The notes beneath the pieces were generated by a model. The model ran no database searches. It saw nothing but the letters and a program-made list of their open reading frames with translations, and had not been told where the DNA came from. A stretch of DNA of 64,000 nt from a virus, in the IMG/VR virus record IMGVR_UViG_3300024348_000005, positions 64,001 through 128,000 of that record. One strand, 5' to 3'. Below, piece after piece: positions 58,800-64,000 of the stretch (the first letter of the stretch is position 1; each line of letters opens with the position of its first letter). Position numbers and translations under genes: made by a program.

Positions 58800-60071
58800 A
58801 TGGATAAAATCATTTGCAGTTTAGAGGAATGGGATACTATTTTTGATTATTATAGACCTAACGGATCATCGAAAACGTGGTATATTAAAGAATTGAAAAA
58901 ACTAAGTCAACCACTAATGTGGGGGAAATGGAATCTATATAGTGAAGGTGGTGAGATGTTCGACAAGGGGATGATGATGGGTCAAATTACACCTAAACAT
59001 TCAGACAGGTTAGAATATGTACCATTTGACCAAATACAAGAAGGGAGTCATTTATATATCATAAATGTCTACTCGTATAGTTTTTTTGTTGATAATTTAG
59101 ACATTGGATTTGGTTGTATATCAGAAAAGTACCTAAAAGATATCAAGGAAGGTAGGTCTAAAATTGTGATGTTGTTTCTTTATGAGGGATATTCCGGTTC
59201 TAAAGGTAACTATGATTTAGAGATAATTGAAAAATGGAGGGTTGATGCAGATTTACCTATAAACTCAATTTATTACGTTTCAGGTAATTTATTGTGTCAG
59301 CAAATTGTAGAGGAAAAAAAATTAGGGTATCAGGGACGACCAATACAGTACTTTGAACCTTGGAACAAATATAATGAAAATACAATTATAGATTTTAAAC
59401 CGATTAATGAAAAAAATTTATACTTAACCTATAATAGAAATCCAAGACAACATAGAGTACAGTTAATTTTAAATTTATTAAAACACAACATATTTGATAG
59501 GGGGTTAATTAGTTTAAGTGAATTACTTTATAAAACACCGGCAGATGCGAACGTTGAACACGTTGAATTTTTAAAGAACAACACCCCATTTGTTATCAGT
59601 GAAGGATGTGACTTGTTTTTTAACATGTGTTGTAATATTACTAAAGAAGATTATGAAAAAACCTTTATCTCAATGGTTACCGAAACTTTGGTTGATGAGG
59701 GTACATTGTTTATTTCGGAAAAAATATGGAAACCAATTATGGTCGGTCATCCATTTATTGTTTTTGGTAATTTATGGACTTTAAAATTTCTTAAGTCTAT
59801 GGGTTACAAGACTTTTGATAAATGGATTAATGAGGAATACGATAACGAGCCCGATAGTGGTAAAAGATGTAATATGATTACTGACGAACTGATAAAACTA
59901 TCAACAAAAACTGTGGAGGAATTAAAGTTAATTAGAGATGAGATGAACGAAGTGTGTGACCATAATCAAAAATGGTATAAAAAACTTTATGATGAAAAAT
60001 ATGGTGGAATTGACATAAACGGAGATTTAACTAAGATATTTGAAGAGGTTTGGAATGAATTAAAAAAATGA
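58800..60071 (+). CDS. Putative GT-B glycosyltransferase, paralog 4
   Basis: YLTYNRNPRQHR, ISMVTET..FISEKIWKP, GYKTFD; ATG at 58800. Confidence 0.55.
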   Translation: MDKIICSLEEWDTIFDYYRPNGSSKTWYIKELKKLSQPLMWGKWNLYSEGGEMFDKGMMMGQITPKHSDRLEYVPFDQIQEGSHLYIINVYSYSFFVDNLDIGFGCISEKYLKDIKEGRSKIVMLFLYEGYSGSKGNYDLEIIEKWRVDADLPINSIYYVSGNLLCQQIVEEKKLGYQGRPIQYFEPWNKYNENTIIDFKPINEKNLYLTYNRNPRQHRVQLILNLLKHNIFDRGLISLSELLYKTPADANVEHVEFLKNNTPFVISEGCDLFFNMCCNITKEDYEKTFISMVTETLVDEGTLFISEKIWKPIMVGHPFIVFGNLWTLKFLKSMGYKTFDKWINEEYDNEPDSGKRCNMITDELIKLSTKTVEELKLIRDEMNEVCDHNQKWYKKLYDEKYGGIDINGDLTKIFEEVWNELKK

Positions 60072-61366
60072 TAATGACAAAGAATTTTAATATAGTTTAT
60101 GAAAATTGGAAAGGAGATGAACCCATATCTAATTGGGTGGATATTTTTCCAAAAAGAAATTTAAAAGATCCATATTATTTAATACAACATTATATAAACG
60201 ACACCGAATTTGAAAATAAATTTAATTTGAGGAGGTGTGATTTCGATGATGTGATGAATGCCCCAAATGAGAATTTTTATTATTTCGTAAACTACGGAGT
60301 GGGAGATTTATGTGAGTTATTTGAAAATAACGAATTTGGTAAACCGGTACAACCATTAAATCCGATAAGTGATAAATTAAAAAGTTTTATTAAGGATAAC
60401 CAAAACTTTAATATGGTTTTTTTAACCGAGCATGAACCTGATAATGAAGAGGGGTTTAGAATTTTAAACGATTACATAAAAAATAATGATTTAAACGCAA
60501 AACAATTCTTTGTAATTAACAATAATTCCAAAATTAAGGACTATAATCAAAAATATAACAGTGAGATTAATACATACACTTTAAATTTCATACCTCACTC
60601 ATCAACTAAAGTTTTAGTTAGAATTGGTGGTTGTGAATTTAACACAGAAAGAAAGGGTAAGTTTTTTATGTGTTTTAATAAATCACCCAAATCACATCGT
60701 TACGCATTGTTATGTCTTCTTAAAAAGAATAATATTTTAGAAAATACAAATTGGTCCTTAGTACCGTCGTGGAATTGTAATTTTGACGAGTCTTACCTTC
60801 GTTCTACCTTTTCTAAGAACGAATTGAAAATGATTAAAACCGAGATTGATTATTTTGGTAAAATTGATATCAAAAGAAGCGATTTTGAGGATGACAAGGG
60901 ATGGTTTAATAGGTTCAGTAACATCAACAGGGACTCGTTACCAATATGGCAACAAATACCGGAGCATTTAGAAACCTTTCTTAGTTCATATGTAAACATC
61001 GTAACAGAGTCAATGTTTAAAGATGTAAACAACAACATTCACATATCCGAAAAATCATTTAGACCATTCTATTATTATCAAATCCCTGTTATATTATCAA
61101 CACATGGACATATTAAAACACTAAAGGAAAAGTATGGATTTGATTTTTACGACGATATTGTCAATCATAGTTATGATGATGAACCAGACCAAAAAACAAG
61201 ATTAATAAAATTGGTTGCTGAGGTTGCAAGATTGAATAATAATAAAGAAAAAATAGTAGAATTTTTTAAAAACAATAAAGAAAGATTCGAAAGTAATAAA
61301 CAGAAAGTAATTGAAGTTTTGAATGTTGTAAATCAAGATTACCTTTATTTTGAAAGTCTAATATAA
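60068..61366 (+). CDS. Putative GT-B glycosyltransferase, paralog 5
   Basis: FMCFNKSPKSHR, YVNIVTES..HISEKSFRP. Confidence 0.55.
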   Translation: MIMTKNFNIVYENWKGDEPISNWVDIFPKRNLKDPYYLIQHYINDTEFENKFNLRRCDFDDVMNAPNENFYYFVNYGVGDLCELFENNEFGKPVQPLNPISDKLKSFIKDNQNFNMVFLTEHEPDNEEGFRILNDYIKNNDLNAKQFFVINNNSKIKDYNQKYNSEINTYTLNFIPHSSTKVLVRIGGCEFNTERKGKFFMCFNKSPKSHRYALLCLLKKNNILENTNWSLVPSWNCNFDESYLRSTFSKNELKMIKTEIDYFGKIDIKRSDFEDDKGWFNRFSNINRDSLPIWQQIPEHLETFLSSYVNIVTESMFKDVNNNIHISEKSFRPFYYYQIPVILSTHGHIKTLKEKYGFDFYDDIVNHSYDDEPDQKTRLIKLVAEVARLNNNKEKIVEFFKNNKERFESNKQKVIEVLNVVNQDYLYFESLI

Positions 61367-61932
61367 TGAAAAGGAACATATTAATTTGTGGAGATAGTTT
61401 TGCTGCTGATTGGACAAAAAAATACAACGGAGTCGGTTGGGTTAATATGTTATGTGATAATTTTAATGTTACAAATGTTGCTGAGGCTGGAGTATCGGAG
61501 TATAAGATATACCAACAATTGAGTAAACAAAAAATCACGGATTTTGACAAGGTAATCATTTCACATACAAGTGCATATAGAATACCGGTAGAAGTTCATC
61601 CGATTCACTCTAAAGACATATTACATTATAATTGTGACTTTATTTATTCTGATATCAAGGAACACAAAAACAATCCTGAGGTTAAATGTATTGTCGATTT
61701 ATATGAAAATTATTTTCATGTTGAATATGCAATATTTGTACATGACTTAATATTAAAAGAAATTAAAGGATTATGTCCTAACGCAATAAACATGACATTC
61801 TTTAATTCCTTTAATAAGGATTCAATTCAATTGGAAGATGTATTTTTAGAGAATAGGGGGGATATAAATCACCTAAATGAAGTCGGCAATAAAATAGTAT
61901 ATAATAAAATTTTAAAATTATTAAATGAATAA
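61366..61932 (+). CDS. SGNH-like protein
   Basis: CGDSFA, NVAEAGVS, DINHLNEVGN. Confidence 0.6.
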   Translation: MKRNILICGDSFAADWTKKYNGVGWVNMLCDNFNVTNVAEAGVSEYKIYQQLSKQKITDFDKVIISHTSAYRIPVEVHPIHSKDILHYNCDFIYSDIKEHKNNPEVKCIVDLYENYFHVEYAIFVHDLILKEIKGLCPNAINMTFFNSFNKDSIQLEDVFLENRGDINHLNEVGNKIVYNKILKLLNE

Positions 61933-62641
61933 ACTTTGGACGTTTGGGTGTAGTTTTACCTCAGAGTATAATTTTACCCCTTTTAGGGGTGCGGTAAATC
62001 AAATGATAAACTATAAGGAATGGAGAAACGGTAGTGAACCTAAACTATGGGCAACAATACTTGCGGATAAATTAAATTTAGAAGAAAAAAATTTAGGGTA
62101 TCCGGGTTCCTCGGTTTATAAAATTTTTGACGCATTTTGTAATAATTGTCACTTGATTGAAAGGGGAGATGTGGTTATTGTTGAATGGACAAGATTACAA
62201 AGATTTAGGGTTTGTTTACACGGAAACTTCCCAACAGTGCTACCCGTTCATAATAAAGATACAAATACAATATTAAGTTATAAAACCACGGCTCAAATAC
62301 AGGTGAATAGAGATGAAAGACCTTTTATTGAAGAGGTTTACTCGTTTCAAAATTTTATAGAGGAATTTTGTAACTCATTAGGTTGTGAAATATATTTTTG
62401 GTCGGCCGATGATGAAATTATTAACAAGGAAAGTAATGAATTTAAAAGTAAAAGAAAATATCTATTTCCCGAGGCAAATATTGATATGACACAATATTTG
62501 AGAAGAAAATATGGTGCAGAGACAATACATGAAGAGACGAGTGGTGAGGTCTTAGATCAACAACATTATGGTGAAAAGGGGCATATTGTTATGGGTGAAA
62601 TATTTTATAATGAAATAATTAGATACAGAAATTTACAATAA
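61925..62641 (+). CDS. SGNH-like protein (GCSF type)
   Basis: WTFGCSFT, NLGYPGSS, DQQHYGEKGH. Confidence 0.62.
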   Translation: MNKLWTFGCSFTSEYNFTPFRGAVNQMINYKEWRNGSEPKLWATILADKLNLEEKNLGYPGSSVYKIFDAFCNNCHLIERGDVVIVEWTRLQRFRVCLHGNFPTVLPVHNKDTNTILSYKTTAQIQVNRDERPFIEEVYSFQNFIEEFCNSLGCEIYFWSADDEIINKESNEFKSKRKYLFPEANIDMTQYLRRKYGAETIHEETSGEVLDQQHYGEKGHIVMGEIFYNEIIRYRNLQ

Positions 62642-63327
62642 TGAATACACTTTGGATATTTGGAGATAGTTTTAGTTCAGATTTTGACTATAAAAATCTA
62701 CATGAAAATCATAAAACCTATATGGATATTTTTAATATTGAATACATACCGGTTTGGGCAAGTGTATTAGGAGAAAAATTAGGATATGATGTTAAAAATT
62801 TAGCAAAAGGAGGAAATTCTAATTATCAAATATTTCAAGATTATTGTGATTCTTGTAATTTAATACAACCAAACGATATTGTTATTGTTGGTTGGGGACT
62901 GATTGATAAGTTTAGAATATCTCAAAATAATAAAGTCGTAAACATACATCCTAATAACACCAGAGATTATGAGAACATGTCTAAATCTACGTTAGATGAG
63001 ATGATAAAAAATAGAAGAGAAATTTATAATGGTATCGATATTTGGGCGGGTGAAATTTACGGATGGGAAAGGGCGATTGATACGTTAAGTAAAAACAAAG
63101 GGTACCAAATATATTTTTGGTCAACTGAAGAAGATAGATTAATGAAACAAGAAGATAAAAAAAATTATTTGTGTTCAGAAAGTAAAATATCTTTAATACA
63201 TTATTTGAGGGATTTAGGGTGTTTAAGTATGTCACAAGAAACTAATAATGTTGTTGGAGATTCCCATTTTGGACTACAGGGTCATAATAAACAAGCAGAA
63301 ATTTTTTATAATGAAATTAAAAAATAA
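62641..63327 (+). CDS. SGNH-like protein
   Basis: WIFGDSFS, NLAKGGNSN, DSHFGLQGH. Confidence 0.65.
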   Translation: MNTLWIFGDSFSSDFDYKNLHENHKTYMDIFNIEYIPVWASVLGEKLGYDVKNLAKGGNSNYQIFQDYCDSCNLIQPNDIVIVGWGLIDKFRISQNNKVVNIHPNNTRDYENMSKSTLDEMIKNRREIYNGIDIWAGEIYGWERAIDTLSKNKGYQIYFWSTEEDRLMKQEDKKNYLCSESKISLIHYLRDLGCLSMSQETNNVVGDSHFGLQGHNKQAEIFYNEIKK

Positions 63328-64000
63328 ACTTTGGACATTTGGATGTAGCTTCACCGCAGAGTATGACCCGATAGGTGGAATACACCCACCGTTTGAAAAT
63401 AATTTTGACAGGTATTATAAATTTAGAGGTAATAATTTTCAAGACACATGGACAACCGTACTTGCTAATAAAATAGGATATAATCCCATGAATTGTGCTT
63501 TTGGTGGATCATCAAATTATGGTATACTTAATCAATTCATTGAGGTTTGTGATTTAATTAAAAAAGACGATATTGTTATTTTTGGATGGACACATTTAGG
63601 TAGATTTGTTGCGGTTAATAACGTGAACGATATCTTTAATCAAGTTCTACCCTTTGGTGCAGAATACAATGATTTAGGGTTATCTAAAAAAACAGTTGAA
63701 GAGATACAGGTAAATAGAACAAACCCTTTATGGGGTAAGGAAGTGTATAGTTGGATTTACTTCATTAATAGATATATTAAAAATATTGGAGCGGAATCAT
63801 ATCATTGGACAAGTGATGAAAGAATTTTTAACTATCACACCAAAAATAGAAAGGAAGATGGATTAATCGTGGTTGATGATGAAGAAATTTTAAACAATCC
63901 CCATATTGTGGATAAACACAATTTATTATGGTATCTAACTCATCCGTTACAATATAATGGAAAACAAATGGGTAAGGTTATTGATGAGACCGACGGTCTA
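63311..64000 (+). CDS. SGNH-like protein (GCSF type), 3' truncated by window; absent from ORF track
   Basis: MKLKNKLWTFGCSFT...NCAFGGSSN; frame open to the window end. Confidence 0.65.
   Translation, partial: MKLKNKLWTFGCSFTAEYDPIGGIHPPFENNFDRYYKFRGNNFQDTWTTVLANKIGYNPMNCAFGGSSNYGILNQFIEVCDLIKKDDIVIFGWTHLGRFVAVNNVNDIFNQVLPFGAEYNDLGLSKKTVEEIQVNRTNPLWGKEVYSWIYFINRYIKNIGAESYHWTSDERIFNYHTKNRKEDGLIVVDDEEILNNPHIVDKHNLLWYLTHPLQYNGKQMGKVIDETDGL

Noticed and set aside
1-64000. Stop-codon reassignment (TAG to Gln) as in Lak or some crAss-like phages
   Set aside because: Code 11 gives full-length genes and dense packing; TAG ends genes at sensible positions; reading through 5619 hits further stops quickly
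1-64000. tRNA, rRNA, integrase or transposase
   Set aside because: None recognised; intergenic gaps are short and AT-rich (tRNAscan-SE not run)

Overview
AT-rich, densely coding 64-kb segment in the standard genetic code, with no rRNA, tRNA or CRISPR seen. It reads as part of a large (jumbo/mega) tailed phage genome. The host is probably Bacteroidota, judging from a Bacteroidetes-type ClpP, a short RpoD-like sigma factor, an Hc1-like protein, A-rich leaders without Shine-Dalgarno sites and a signal peptide cleaved before Gln. Module 1 (1-15.4 kb) holds a Rad50/gp46 end, clpP, membrane/lysis-like genes, sigma-70, a probable -1 frameshift gene, a degenerate amidase, putative head proteins, an adenine MTase, nusG, an AAA ATPase, thioredoxin and glutaredoxin. 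Module 2 (15.5-34.5 kb) holds six large Ser/Thr/Gly-rich fibre proteins and two LamG proteins. Three of the six carry roughly 2000 residues of proline-free Gly-X-Y (G-S/T-S/A) repeats, and their N- and C-terminal modules match in gene order like plugs and sockets. Module 3 (34.5-64 kb) is a ~30-kb glycan synthesis and tailoring cluster. It has two GT7 enzymes with an inserted LamG domain, GT-A enzymes, five GT-B-like paralogs, eight SGNH-like paralogs, two twitch radical SAM enzymes, a methyltransferase, three 2OG-Fe(II) oxygenase domains, RmlC, three SDRs and a split TPP E1-alpha/E1-beta pair. The main hypothesis is a phage-encoded system that builds long segmented Ser-Gly fibres and glycosylates them with a custom, probably branched and acylated glycan. 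All calls come from motif recognition by eye; no database searches were run.
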